Notes under the pieces: generated by a model
Seen by the model: the letters and a program-made list of their open reading frames with translations, nothing else
The model's database searches: none
What the model was told of the DNA's origin: nothing
From: a phage
Direction: 5' to 3' (one strand)
Length of the DNA: 64,000 bases
Sequence record: PZ026127.1
Made by a program: the position numbers and the translations under genes
Shown: in pieces, positions 28,418 through 37,361 of the stretch
Numbering within the stretch: position 1 is the first letter of the stretch
Layout: every line of letters starts with the position of its first letter

Positions 28418-28747
28418 ATGCATAAAGATTCAGTATTCAAATATCTTTTGAAAACAAATAAAGAATTCTATATGAATGGACAGGCCTTCTTGTTCGTTCG
28501 TGGTAAACGTGAGATGTTTTACAAATGCGACCTCTCAATGCACCATCATATGTATCACACCCGCGGTGAGCCTATACTGGGGTTCTCTGGTGACGAGACT
28601 AGACACATAGCTATGTACTACGACCATTTTAAGCTCAATGATTGTGGTGACAACGCTTTGGTCTGGAACCCGTCTTGGCGTCGTTGGGATACAGTAGACA
28701 ATGATAAATTATTTTTAGAATATTGCAGAAGTGATGTACAACTCTAG
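28418..28747 (+). CDS. hypothetical protein
   Basis: 109 aa from ATG 28418 after GGAGGA RBS. Confidence 0.5.
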   Translation: MHKDSVFKYLLKTNKEFYMNGQAFLFVRGKREMFYKCDLSMHHHMYHTRGEPILGFSGDETRHIAMYYDHFKLNDCGDNALVWNPSWRRWDTVDNDKLFLEYCRSDVQL

Positions 28748-28790
28748 AAAATCATGTTACTATTACCCTACACAAACATGAGGAGAACAT

Positions 28791-29030
28791 ATGTGGTATT
28801 ACGCTCCGATGTCCGATAAGTCTAATGAACCGGTACGCATTACTCGCGCCAAGTTTAAAAAGATTTATGGCTTCTCTTATAAGAAGTCTGATTACGGTGT
28901 TCGTTTTGAAGATGCCCACTGTATCAATGACCCTTATGCTGAAGAAATCTCTAATGAGATAATTCCTATCATTAAGAATAATTCTGATGATATGTGGGAA
29001 TTGCATAACGATTACGTCGCTGAAATTTAA
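28791..29030 (+). CDS. hypothetical protein
   Basis: 79 aa; RBS GAGGAGAACATATG. Confidence 0.55.
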   Translation: MWYYAPMSDKSNEPVRITRAKFKKIYGFSYKKSDYGVRFEDAHCINDPYAEEISNEIIPIIKNNSDDMWELHNDYVAEI

Positions 29031-29049
29031 GTTTACTGAGGAAAATATT

Positions 29050-30009
29050 ATGATGTTAGTTATTGGTTCTCGTGCACTGCACCACGCTGGTCTGATTGAA
29101 AGTAAGCATATCGAAAATTCTGATTGGGATTTCATTGCCGACCAAGGCTCATGGAATCACTTTAAAGCACGTATGTTCGGCGCCCATGTACACGTTGACA
29201 ATCCTGATGTCCAGGCTTTCAAATGTATGCATAATGGTAAAGAAACCTATTTTGAAGCTTATATCGTTCGTGCTCTGACTAACGTACGAGAAATTACCGG
29301 TGAGCTTCAAGACGAAGATTTCACTTCAAGCTATCGTCTCCTGAAATATGCTGAAAATCATATTAAAAAGGACCGTCTTACTGGTTTCTATTGGGCAACC
29401 CCTGATATCTGTCTGGCTATCAAAACCTCCCATCGTTTCCTTAAGAATAATCCGTTCTTCTTGAAAACCATGTCCCACATCAAATACCTTCGTAATAAAG
29501 GTATCACCCTTAACGAAGAACTCCAGGAAATTATGTTGCAACGTCAAAAAGAAACGTTGAGCTATTCCCACCCTAAATTGGATGTAAACAAATCATCGTT
29601 CTTTAATGATACCATTTATACGCTGGACCATGACTCTATTCATGAAGCAGTGGCATTGGCAGGGCGCCCTGCATATACCTTTTATATGAAGGAAGGTTCT
29701 GAAGTCATGACCTCTCGTGAGAAGTTCGAGGCTTTGCCTGAAGCTATTAAACTGGCTGGTGTATATGAAGAAACTTGTGTCCTGGCACTAGAACGTTCAC
29801 AGGTTCCTAATGACTTCAATATTTCACCATCATTAAGTTTCTATATGGCCCTTGAGAAAGTGTGCACCTCAATCACTTCAGGTTGGTTCCGCACTTATGC
29901 ATGGGAAAACTACCAAGCTGTGGTTAATATGTACAAGACTTTAGGTGAAAACGACTACATTGAACGGTTTAAGCGTAACCAACATTTAATTCGTCCTTTC
30001 GAAAAATAA
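29050..30009 (+). CDS. hypothetical protein
   Basis: 319 aa from ATG 29050 after GAGGAAAATATTATG. Confidence 0.6.
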   Translation: MMLVIGSRALHHAGLIESKHIENSDWDFIADQGSWNHFKARMFGAHVHVDNPDVQAFKCMHNGKETYFEAYIVRALTNVREITGELQDEDFTSSYRLLKYAENHIKKDRLTGFYWATPDICLAIKTSHRFLKNNPFFLKTMSHIKYLRNKGITLNEELQEIMLQRQKETLSYSHPKLDVNKSSFFNDTIYTLDHDSIHEAVALAGRPAYTFYMKEGSEVMTSREKFEALPEAIKLAGVYEETCVLALERSQVPNDFNISPSLSFYMALEKVCTSITSGWFRTYAWENYQAVVNMYKTLGENDYIERFKRNQHLIRPFEK

Positions 30010-30022
30010 TTGCACAAAACAG

Positions 30023-30052
30023 TGTACAAGGTCTATAGGTGTGATACTATAG
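30023..30052 (+). promoter_or_regulatory. early promoter cassette variant
   Basis: TGATACTATAGACCTATCAA core with degenerate -35 (TGTACA); 9-bp inverted repeat GGTCTATAG/CTATAGACC at 30030-30055. Confidence 0.5.
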
Positions 30053-30087
30053 ACCTATCAAAACAACAGAGTGAAATGGAGAATAAA

Positions 30088-30300
30088 ATGAAACTTTCTA
30101 ACCAAGCAATCAACATGTTAAACGAAGTTCGTGCAGCTGGTGCTAAATGCCTGATGGTTAACACTCGTGACGGTGACCTTCGTCAAGCATTTGGTGAATT
30201 GAAATCTGCTGACCTGGTTAAATGTTCAGTTGGTATTGGTAACGCACTTCGTGTATCCTTATCTCCTAAAGGTAAAATGTACTTTTTCAACAAAAAGTAA
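30088..30300 (+). CDS. hypothetical protein
   Basis: 70 aa from ATG 30088 after GGAGAATAAAATG. Confidence 0.5.
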   Translation: MKLSNQAINMLNEVRAAGAKCLMVNTRDGDLRQAFGELKSADLVKCSVGIGNALRVSLSPKGKMYFFNKK

Positions 30301-30314
30301 GTGAGGAAAATATT

Positions 30315-31001
30315 ATGAACGGTCTGAAAACTTTTAATTCTAAAGCTCGTGCTGTAGGCGGATTTGCAGGTCATATTTCTAATGATGATATTAAAAACGA
30401 GCCTATGTTCTTTAACTGTGATTTGAATTTTGCTGCACAAAATGGCGGCCCTATTACTCGCAGCTTTATCATGAACCTGCCTGACGATTGGAACACTGAC
30501 CAGGTTGTATTTGATTCTCGGGTTCATATGCTGATGCCTGGTTGGTATCCTGCTATCCCAGGTTATCACCATGATGATGTACCACGTCCGGATATTCCGG
30601 TGGGTCAACACTTTATTACCGCAGGGCAACCTGATTATGATAATCCTCGATACCATTCTGAACATATTCTTGGTCTTGTTAATGCTGATGTGTGTCCTAC
30701 TCATTTTGCAACCGGAACTGCACAGTTCAGTCAGATTCCTGAAGGCGAACTTATCTATCGCCAGTGGCATAAAGAAGTTCTGGAAAAAATTGAGTCTAAT
30801 GAATTAACCAAGTGGGATGCTCCTGACCGCACGTTACTCCAGTTTGATTGGCAAACATGGCATACAGGTTCTCGTGCAGTAAGTAACGGGTGGCGCTGGT
30901 TTGGTCGTGTGTCTCGTAATACAGACCGTGTTAAAAAGATTACAAATGAAATCCGCGTTAATGCTCAAGTATATCTGGAATTCCCTATGGAGGGCTGGTA
31001 A
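30315..31001 (+). CDS. hypothetical protein
   Basis: 228 aa, His/Trp-rich; RBS GAGGAAAATATTATG. Confidence 0.6.
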   Translation: MNGLKTFNSKARAVGGFAGHISNDDIKNEPMFFNCDLNFAAQNGGPITRSFIMNLPDDWNTDQVVFDSRVHMLMPGWYPAIPGYHHDDVPRPDIPVGQHFITAGQPDYDNPRYHSEHILGLVNADVCPTHFATGTAQFSQIPEGELIYRQWHKEVLEKIESNELTKWDAPDRTLLQFDWQTWHTGSRAVSNGWRWFGRVSRNTDRVKKITNEIRVNAQVYLEFPMEGW

Positions 31002-31588
31002 TGGCCCTTTATGAACCTGGTTGTATGGGTATTGATACAAACTTCATCCGTCGGTCGGAAAATGCTGGAATTATTATCCCAAGTGGTGAGACTATGATTA
31101 TTAAAAAGTCCTGGCGAAATATTGATGATGGTGATGAAGGAATTTCAGCCAGTACAATAGATTGGTCAGGTTGTACTGCCGAAATGAAACAGCTTTTAAT
31201 TGAGGAATATAAAATGGGCTATATCGTAAATGGCTGGCAAGCGGAACCACATAAAGAACAGACTCCAGACCCATTGATTTGTTATAGCAAAAAATACGGC
31301 TTCCGTGCATGGAGTGATGAATACGACAAATTGGTGAGTTCTAGATTCTATGTTTGGATGGGTATATTATTTTTCCCACTCCTAGGGTTTTTCCTGACAA
31401 CAGATAATGACCTGCCTATTTGTGTATTCGCTTCAGCGATGTCTGCTGCTATCTTAGGTCTTATCGCATCATTTTTATGGACCTCTGTTATCGAAGTACC
31501 TTTTCGTATTTCTAAAGTTAAAAAGGTATATGACGATATCACTAAGAAAAATACATTAAACTCTTTTATTAAGGAATGCCGTAAATGA
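31001..31588 (+). CDS. membrane protein with C-terminal FIKEC motif
   Basis: 195 aa; TM helices near residues 125-165; C-term ...LNSFIKECRK. Confidence 0.55.
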   Translation: MALYEPGCMGIDTNFIRRSENAGIIIPSGETMIIKKSWRNIDDGDEGISASTIDWSGCTAEMKQLLIEEYKMGYIVNGWQAEPHKEQTPDPLICYSKKYGFRAWSDEYDKLVSSRFYVWMGILFFPLLGFFLTTDNDLPICVFASAMSAAILGLIASFLWTSVIEVPFRISKVKKVYDDITKKNTLNSFIKECRK

Positions 31589-31821
31589 GCATTGCAATTT
31601 ATATTAAATCTGAGTCATGTGATTCTTATCTGTATTCCTATGATACCGGAACATCAGAAGAGAAAATTAAAGAAGACTTAGAAAGCGATATGGATATGTT
31701 CTGTCCTATTGGTGACTATATGCTTCAAGTGTCTGATAGTGAAAGTCCATCATCAGAAAATAGACTTCAAATTATTATGCAAGATATTTTTAAACAATCA
31801 TGGGAACGAGACGATGAGTAA
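31585..31821 (+). CDS. hypothetical acidic protein
   Basis: 78 aa ORF, overlapping start/stop with neighbours. Confidence 0.5.
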   Translation: MSIAIYIKSESCDSYLYSYDTGTSEEKIKEDLESDMDMFCPIGDYMLQVSDSESPSSENRLQIIMQDIFKQSWERDDE

Positions 31822-32263
31822 GAAAGCTAAGGAATTATCGGCAGGTATTTTGTTCATGACCGTTGATAAAGAACTAGTTATGGGTCGTGTAACAGGCTCT
31901 CGTAATCCAGAGAATATGCGTCATAAATGGGACATTCCTAAGGGTCATGTCGAACCAGGCGAAGAGCCTATTCAAGCGGCAATGCGCGAAACCGAAGAAG
32001 AGATTGGATTCACAGCATACGATCCTGCGTTCCTGAAAGACCTAGGTGAGTTCAAATATTCAAGCAATAAGAATCTACATCTGTTCTTATATACAGTGCC
32101 TGTGGAACACGAGCAGTTCAAGGATTGCAAATGTACGGCTTACCATACGTTCCCTGATGGTCGTACTATTCCTGAATTCGATGCGTTCGCTTTGATTAAA
32201 CGTCCGCAATGGGAATATGTCATGGGCCAGTCGATGTTTAAGGTTTTAGATTCACTCTTTTGA
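31814..32263 (+). CDS. nudE: Nudix hydrolase (NudE.1-like)
   Basis: 149 aa; Nudix box GHVEPGEEPIQAAMRETEEEIG (GX5EX7REUXEEXGU); directly upstream of lysozyme e as in T4. Confidence 0.85.
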   Translation: MSKKAKELSAGILFMTVDKELVMGRVTGSRNPENMRHKWDIPKGHVEPGEEPIQAAMRETEEEIGFTAYDPAFLKDLGEFKYSSNKNLHLFLYTVPVEHEQFKDCKCTAYHTFPDGRTIPEFDAFALIKRPQWEYVMGQSMFKVLDSLF

Positions 32264-32293
32264 TATAAATACCTCCTATACTCAGGAGGTATT
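32264..32293 (+). promoter_or_regulatory. late promoter TATAAATA embedded in SD-sequestering hairpin upstream of e
   Basis: TATAAATA 32264-32271; 10-bp stem 32268-32277 / 32284-32293 pairs AGGAGG SD; same layout as the known T4 lysozyme translational control. Confidence 0.8.
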
Positions 32294-32782
32294 ATGGATA
32301 TTTTTGATATGTTACGTCAAGACGAAGGTCTTGATTTAAATCTTTATAAAGACACTGAAGGTTATTGGACTATTGGTATTGGCCAATTGATTACTAAGAA
32401 CCCATCTAAAGACGTTGCTCGCGCTGAACTTGATAAGCTTATGGGTCGAGTTTGTAATGGTCGTATTACTATGGCTGAAGCCGAACAACTCTTTAACCGG
32501 TCGGTTGAAAATGCTCGTAGAGCTATTCTGCGTAATCCTAAATTGAAACCTGTTTATGATGTATTGGACGAAGTTCGTCGTTGTGCTTTAATTAACATGG
32601 TCTTCCAAATGGGTGAAGCAGGTGTAGCAGGGTTCACTAACTCTTTACGTATGCTCCAACAGAAACGTTGGGACGATGCGGCAGTTAACCTGGCTCAATC
32701 CCGTTGGTATAAACAAACTCCAAATCGTGCTAAGCGCGTGATTTCAACATTTAAAACCGGCACATGGGCTGCTTATAGATAA
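32294..32782 (+). CDS. e: endolysin (T4 lysozyme e)
   Basis: 162 aa; [26 protein letters not shown]...[31 protein letters not shown] matches T4 lysozyme; catalytic E11, D20, T26 present. Confidence 0.95.
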   Translation: MDIFDMLRQDEGLDLNLYKDTEGYWTIGIGQLITKNPSKDVARAELDKLMGRVCNGRITMAEAEQLFNRSVENARRAILRNPKLKPVYDVLDEVRRCALINMVFQMGEAGVAGFTNSLRMLQQKRWDDAAVNLAQSRWYKQTPNRAKRVISTFKTGTWAAYR

Positions 32783-32787
32783 AAGCA

Positions 32788-32818
32788 GTTTACATCTCCT
32801 AGAATTGTGATAGTATAT
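32788..32818 (+). promoter_or_regulatory. T4-type early promoter cassette
   Basis: AAAGCAGTTTACATCTCCT... with -10 TAGTAT about 16 bp downstream. Confidence 0.55.
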
Positions 32819-32869
32819 CTACAGTTACTTGAACAGACCAATTAAAATATTTACCTTTAAGGAACCCGT

Positions 32870-33466
32870 ATGAAAACGTATAAAGAATTTATCGCCGAAG
32901 CTTCTGTAGGAAAGGTCCAAGGCATTAATAAAGATGAGTGGACTTACAAAGGAAACGGCGTTGACAACCCAGGAAACGGTTTTGACGCTAAAACAGCTCC
33001 TATTGAACGGTATTTAGCTACAAAGGCTTCCGACTTTAAAGCTTTCGCCTGGGAAGGACTTCGCTGGCGTAACGACCTAAATATTGAAGCTGATGGACTT
33101 AAATTTGCCCATATCCAAGATGTTGTTGCTAGTAACTTGGACGCAGCTTTTGTTAAAGCTGACGGTGACCTTCGTCGCTGGAATTTAAAACTGTTCTCTA
33201 AACAGAAAGGTCCTGTATTTGTACCTAAAGCAGGTAAATGGACTATTGATAATAAATTGGCTAAGGCGGTCAACTTCGCCGGTCTTGAATTTGCCAAGCA
33301 TAAATCCGCATGGAAAGGTCTTGATGCAATGACTTTCCGTAAAGAATTTGCCGATGTTATGGTTAAAGGCGGCTTTAAGGCAGAGATAGATACCTCTAAA
33401 GGTACGTTTAAAGACGCTAATATTCAGTACGCTTACGCCGTTGCTAATGCAGCCCGTGGTAATTAA
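32870..33466 (+). CDS. ipIII: internal head protein IPIII-like with capsid-targeting sequence
   Basis: 198 aa (T4 IPIII about 194); N-term MKTYKEFIAEA with IAE cleavage motif; between e and denV. Confidence 0.7.
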   Translation: MKTYKEFIAEASVGKVQGINKDEWTYKGNGVDNPGNGFDAKTAPIERYLATKASDFKAFAWEGLRWRNDLNIEADGLKFAHIQDVVASNLDAAFVKADGDLRRWNLKLFSKQKGPVFVPKAGKWTIDNKLAKAVNFAGLEFAKHKSAWKGLDAMTFRKEFADVMVKGGFKAEIDTSKGTFKDANIQYAYAVANAARGN

Positions 33467-33491
33467 TAAAGCTGATACTTGATAAAAAGCA

Positions 33492-33542
33492 GTTTACATC
33501 TCCTGTAGTCATGATACTATAGACCTATCAACTACAGGAGAT
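33492..33542 (+). promoter_or_regulatory. early promoter cassette with SD-complementary spacer
   Basis: GTTTAC 33492, -10 TACTAT 33515; 11-nt ATCTCCTGTAG (33498-33508) is exact reverse complement of CTACAGGAGAT (33532-33542) containing the denV SD. Confidence 0.7.
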
Positions 33543-33548
33543 TAAAAA

Positions 33549-33956
33549 ATGACTCGTATCAACCTTACCTTAGTATCTGAATTGGCTGACCAACACTTAA
33601 TGGCTGAATACCGTGAACTCCCACGGATTTTTGGTGCGGTTCGCGAACGTATTGCCAAAGGGCAAGGCTTCTCTGATATCCCTAAAGACTTCCGCCTTGG
33701 TGCAGGGCACGTCAAGTTCTTTTATGACAAAATTGGATTTTTGTTCTTGCGACAAAATGCAATAATTGAGGAACTTCTGAAGCGTGGTTACCAGATTCAA
33801 AATACCCATGTAGACGTAGCGGATATTCCATTACGGCTCATGAACGATTTCACCCCATCCGAAGCTGATATAGCTTTAAGCCAAGCTCGTCTGGACGAAA
33901 AAATTGCACAGCGTCCTACCTGGTACAAACATTACGGCAAGGCTATTTACGCTTAA
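33549..33956 (+). CDS. denV: endonuclease V, pyrimidine-dimer DNA glycosylase
   Basis: 135 aa; [26 protein letters not shown]...LGAGHV.FFYDK...[24 protein letters not shown] matches T4 DenV. Confidence 0.95.
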   Translation: MTRINLTLVSELADQHLMAEYRELPRIFGAVRERIAKGQGFSDIPKDFRLGAGHVKFFYDKIGFLFLRQNAIIEELLKRGYQIQNTHVDVADIPLRLMNDFTPSEADIALSQARLDEKIAQRPTWYKHYGKAIYA

Positions 33957-33998
33957 TTAAATCCGTGATAGAATATTTCTATCAACTTAAGGAATAAT

Positions 33999-34358
33999 AT
34001 GAAAACTTACCAACAATTTATTACTGAATCTACTCAGCGCATTAACGAAGCTATGTCTCCTGAACAATTGGCTAAGGCTAAAGAAGGGCTGAACCCATCT
34101 GAAGTTTTTAAAGTTACAGGTAAAGACTTTGCTTCCATGGCCACTAACCAAAGTCTGGCTAAAGAACTTAAATCTAAATCTAACTTCATTCATGCTACAT
34201 GGAATGGTGATTCTCTTACTTCAATAAGCGTGTACAATAAAAAAGGTCTCCTTAAGAGCTCTTATGGCGCTGATGCCATCCGTGTTTCTAAATCAGATTG
34301 GCATAAAAACACTACTAAAGCAGAAAAACCTCATAACCCAGCCCTTGACCATCTTTAA
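33999..34358 (+). CDS. internal head protein with capsid-targeting sequence
   Basis: 119 aa; N-term MKTYQQFITES; RBS AAGGAATAATATG. Confidence 0.65.
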   Translation: MKTYQQFITESTQRINEAMSPEQLAKAKEGLNPSEVFKVTGKDFASMATNQSLAKELKSKSNFIHATWNGDSLTSISVYNKKGLLKSSYGADAIRVSKSDWHKNTTKAEKPHNPALDHL

Positions 34359-34366
34359 GGAATAAT

Positions 34367-34624
34367 ATGAAAACTTATCAAGAATTTATTACAGAATCCA
34401 CTTTAGTTTCTAAACGTTGGAATATGATTGTAAACGTTAAACCTTCCGGCACTGAAGTTTCTATGGCCGACCCTAATGATGACGAACTTGAGCACGCTTT
34501 TAGCTCTAAAGAAACTGACGAGAAAGTGGTTAAGCAACTGGTTGCTGATGCAGACCAACTTCGTAAAGTAGCAGATGTTGTTAAGCTGTTTACTAAGAAA
34601 GGTTTTAAACACGAAGAACGTTAA
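34367..34624 (+). CDS. internal head protein with capsid-targeting sequence
   Basis: 85 aa; N-term MKTYQEFITES; RBS AAGGAATAATATG identical to the preceding gene. Confidence 0.65.
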   Translation: MKTYQEFITESTLVSKRWNMIVNVKPSGTEVSMADPNDDELEHAFSSKETDEKVVKQLVADADQLRKVADVVKLFTKKGFKHEER

Positions 34625-34773
34625 TTAGCATTTTAAATGGGAGCAACCTGGACCTCACAATTCTGTGAGGGACTCCCGCCAACCTGTAATAAGGTCGAGC
34701 CCAAGTGCGGTAATGGGTAAATGCAGAAAGGGACGAATTAATGTGCCAAGGAACGGCCCTCAAAGGAAATACT

Positions 34774-35301
34774 ATGAAATTTTTAACTCCCATTTATCTA
34801 ACCTTAATGCACGCCTTCGCTGAACGCGCCATTGAACGTTTAGACTCAGACCAATATACCTGGTATGAACCTGCTTCAAGAATGCAAGAGTTTGGTACTC
34901 TTCGACTTGATGGCGGACGCCAAACAGGTAAAACAAGTGCCCTTGCTCAGTTCGCCGCTGATTGGGTTTCCAAGGGTAATGATGTGATTGTTATGTCGAG
35001 TTCTTCGCATCGCTCGCGAGAAATTTGTAATGTAATAAAACAGGTTTCTAAGGCACACCCACATCTCCAAGTCGAAGGTCCTGGTTTTGTTGTCTATGAT
35101 ACTGTGCGCAGTTTCCTTGATGAAGACAATTTCCATAAGTATCGTGGACTATCTGTTACTCGATTATTGATTATTATCGAAGAGCCAATGCGCCTTCCAG
35201 CGATGGATAAGTTCTATGAAGCTTACCAGGTAATGATTAATAAATTTATGTGCCAAGGCGACAAGCCTTTGCCTCTGTTCTTTGTGATAGGAATGCAATG
35301 A
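34774..35301 (+). CDS. small P-loop NTPase-like protein
   Basis: 175 aa from ATG 34774; Walker A-like GGRQTGKTS and Walker B-like LLIIIEE. Confidence 0.55.
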   Translation: MKFLTPIYLTLMHAFAERAIERLDSDQYTWYEPASRMQEFGTLRLDGGRQTGKTSALAQFAADWVSKGNDVIVMSSSSHRSREICNVIKQVSKAHPHLQVEGPGFVVYDTVRSFLDEDNFHKYRGLSVTRLLIIIEEPMRLPAMDKFYEAYQVMINKFMCQGDKPLPLFFVIGMQ

Positions 35302-35594
35302 TGACTGATGAAGAACTTTTTGAGTTCTGTTATTTCTCACGTAAGGTTCGAAGAGAGGACCTTACTGCAAATTTCGAATATGCTTATTTCTACCCATTGG
35401 AATATGTATTCATGACAGGGCCCTTTAAGGGCCCTCGTTTTAGATGTCATGCCCCAAGCATCCGATTAATGAAACAGGTTCCTTACTTCACCCTCGAGTT
35501 CATCTCAGGGCCTTGTAAGGGTATTATTACTCGCAGTCTCTTAACTTATGACCAAGAGATTCATATGATTTCTGATTGGAAAAAATATGTCTAA
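35298..35594 (+). CDS. hypothetical protein
   Basis: 98 aa, ATG overlapping upstream stop (ATGATGA). Confidence 0.5.
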   Translation: MMTDEELFEFCYFSRKVRREDLTANFEYAYFYPLEYVFMTGPFKGPRFRCHAPSIRLMKQVPYFTLEFISGPCKGIITRSLLTYDQEIHMISDWKKYV

Positions 35595-35805
35595 ATTGAC
35601 AATTGAAGGTTCTGAAGAAGCTCTGAAAAGATTTGTTGAATGGCTTAATGGACCAGGTGAACAAGACTTTCTGGAAGTCTGGGATGGCGGTCGGTGGAAT
35701 GGTAAAGAAATGATTTACCCGACTACCTATATCTCCGTGCAAGGTTGGACTGAAGGCCTTCGTTTGGTAGAATATGATATCGCAACTGGCGAGGAAGTGA
35801 AATGA
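35587..35805 (+). CDS. hypothetical protein
   Basis: 72 aa, overlapping start/stop with neighbours. Confidence 0.5.
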   Translation: MSKLTIEGSEEALKRFVEWLNGPGEQDFLEVWDGGRWNGKEMIYPTTYISVQGWTEGLRLVEYDIATGEEVK

Positions 35806-36080
35806 TTGAAGATATCAAGGGTTACAAACCACATACCGACGATAAAATCGGTAAAGTGAATGCTATTAAAGATGCCGAAATTCGGTTAGGGCTGATGTTT
35901 AAAGCTCTAGAAGAAGAACATGTTACCTATTATATGAACTTAGATACCGAAGAGGTTTCTGAACAAGAACTAGACCAGGCTCATGAACGCATTACCCAGA
36001 TTCGTAATGCAATTGACCGTCTGAAAGAAGCAAGCATGTGGGCGTGTCGTTCCGTTTTCCAACCCGAGGAAAAATACTGA
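35802..36080 (+). CDS. hypothetical protein
   Basis: 92 aa, ATGA overlap with upstream gene. Confidence 0.5.
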   Translation: MIEDIKGYKPHTDDKIGKVNAIKDAEIRLGLMFKALEEEHVTYYMNLDTEEVSEQELDQAHERITQIRNAIDRLKEASMWACRSVFQPEEKY

Positions 36081-36289
36081 TGAAAATTGAAAGTTTACAA
36101 GATTTCCAGCGTATCATCGGTGAAGCCTGTACTGGCTACCACAAATACTTGCTTGACGACCAAATGGCTTGTCTCGAAGAAGGTGAAGTACAGTATGCAG
36201 CCCAACGCCTTGAACAAGTGAAAGAGTTTTACCCTGTACTGGTAGAAATTTGTTCAGCTGCTGGAAAACTTACCCCATTCCAAGAATAA
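36080..36289 (+). CDS. hypothetical protein
   Basis: 69 aa from ATG 36080 (ORF-track start 36038 overlaps upstream gene). Confidence 0.5.
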   Translation: MKIESLQDFQRIIGEACTGYHKYLLDDQMACLEEGEVQYAAQRLEQVKEFYPVLVEICSAAGKLTPFQE

Positions 36290-36293
36290 AGCA

Positions 36294-36344
36294 GTTTACA
36301 TCTCCTGTAGACGTGGTACTATAGACCTATCAACTACAGGAGAT
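36294..36344 (+). promoter_or_regulatory. early promoter cassette with SD-complementary spacer
   Basis: GTTTAC 36294, -10 TACTAT 36317; ATCTCCTGTAG (36300-36310) complementary to CTACAGGAGAT (36334-36344) containing the regB SD. Confidence 0.7.
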
Positions 36345-36350
36345 TACAAA

Positions 36351-36809
36351 ATGTCAGAAATTAATTCAGAAGTATTCATCCGCCGCAATAAATTACGTCG
36401 TCAGTTCGAAACCGAATTCCGTGAACTGAATACGTCCATCAAAAAAGCCGCCATCAAGAGCGGAGTCCCAGCCTTCTTTATTAAGTACTCTAATCACTTG
36501 TTGGACCGTGCTATCCAACGTGAAATCGACGAAAAATACGTTTTTGCTTTATTCAAGCAACTCCATAACCATGTTAAAGAAATTCATGAATTTTTAATCC
36601 AGGAACCTCTACCTGATGTAGAATCCGAAATTGTCCCTGGTAAAGTGTATCGTCCATTGCGTCTCGAAATTACCGATAAAACCTTATGGCTAGGTATGAC
36701 AGTAGACCGTAAACATCCTGATAAAGGATATTCCCTTAAATGTCGTATGGCATTTGTTAACTCTAAACGTTTAGAAGGTAAAACCAGCACGAAAGTAATC
36801 TATCTTTAA
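36351..36809 (+). CDS. regB: endoribonuclease RegB
   Basis: 152 aa; ...EVFIRRNKLRR.FE.EFR.....I..........YS.HLLDRAIQREIDE.YVF.LF... matches recalled T4 RegB (153 aa). Confidence 0.9.
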   Translation: MSEINSEVFIRRNKLRRQFETEFRELNTSIKKAAIKSGVPAFFIKYSNHLLDRAIQREIDEKYVFALFKQLHNHVKEIHEFLIQEPLPDVESEIVPGKVYRPLRLEITDKTLWLGMTVDRKHPDKGYSLKCRMAFVNSKRLEGKTSTKVIYL

Positions 36810-36821
36810 TAATGAGGTCTC

Positions 36822-37361
36822 ATGAAAAAAGTATTAGCCACTTTACTATTGACAGTTAGTATGTCTGCCCATAGCGTAGAGCCTACTTTCAGTAATGAAC
36901 AACTCGATAATTTACATTATGCGTATGCTTTCGGTGAACAATACCAAAAGTCGGGAAAGTTCAAAGAAACCCCTAATCAAAAAGGATTAGGATATATCAT
37001 GGCCGGATTACTATGGCAGGAATCATCTGCCGGAATTAATCAGGGTTTAAATAAAGATAAGCACCATGCTTATGGCATGTTCCAAAATTACTTGCCTACG
37101 TTAAGAAGTCGTGTTCAACAGGTAGGTTGGAAGATGTCTGACAAAGAAATAATTCGTATGGTCCAAAAACGACAGAACAGTGCCTCTTGGGCCTACATTG
37201 AACTGTCTTATTGGATTGATGTTCACAAAGGTGACCTGAGAAAAGCGATTGCTTCTTATAATGCGGGCTGGAACGCCAAAGCAGGCAGTAAATATGCTTC
37301 TGAAGTTCTAGAAAAGGCCAATTACCTAAAATCTAAAAAGATGTTTGAGGCGGTGTATTAA
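36822..37361 (+). CDS. secreted lytic transglycosylase-like (SLT domain) protein
   Basis: 179 aa; N-terminal signal peptide MKKVLATLLLTVSMSAHS; family-1 LT motifs WQESS and SYNAGW. Confidence 0.6.
   Translation: MKKVLATLLLTVSMSAHSVEPTFSNEQLDNLHYAYAFGEQYQKSGKFKETPNQKGLGYIMAGLLWQESSAGINQGLNKDKHHAYGMFQNYLPTLRSRVQQVGWKMSDKEIIRMVQKRQNSASWAYIELSYWIDVHKGDLRKAIASYNAGWNAKAGSKYASEVLEKANYLKSKKMFEAVY

Noticed and set aside
29050-30009. Possible nucleotidyltransferase motif (IGS...SDWD) in the 319-aa ORF
   Set aside because: Spacing between the Gly-Ser and the acidic pair (17 residues) is outside the usual 9-13, and no third acidic residue is in an obvious position; left as hypothetical.
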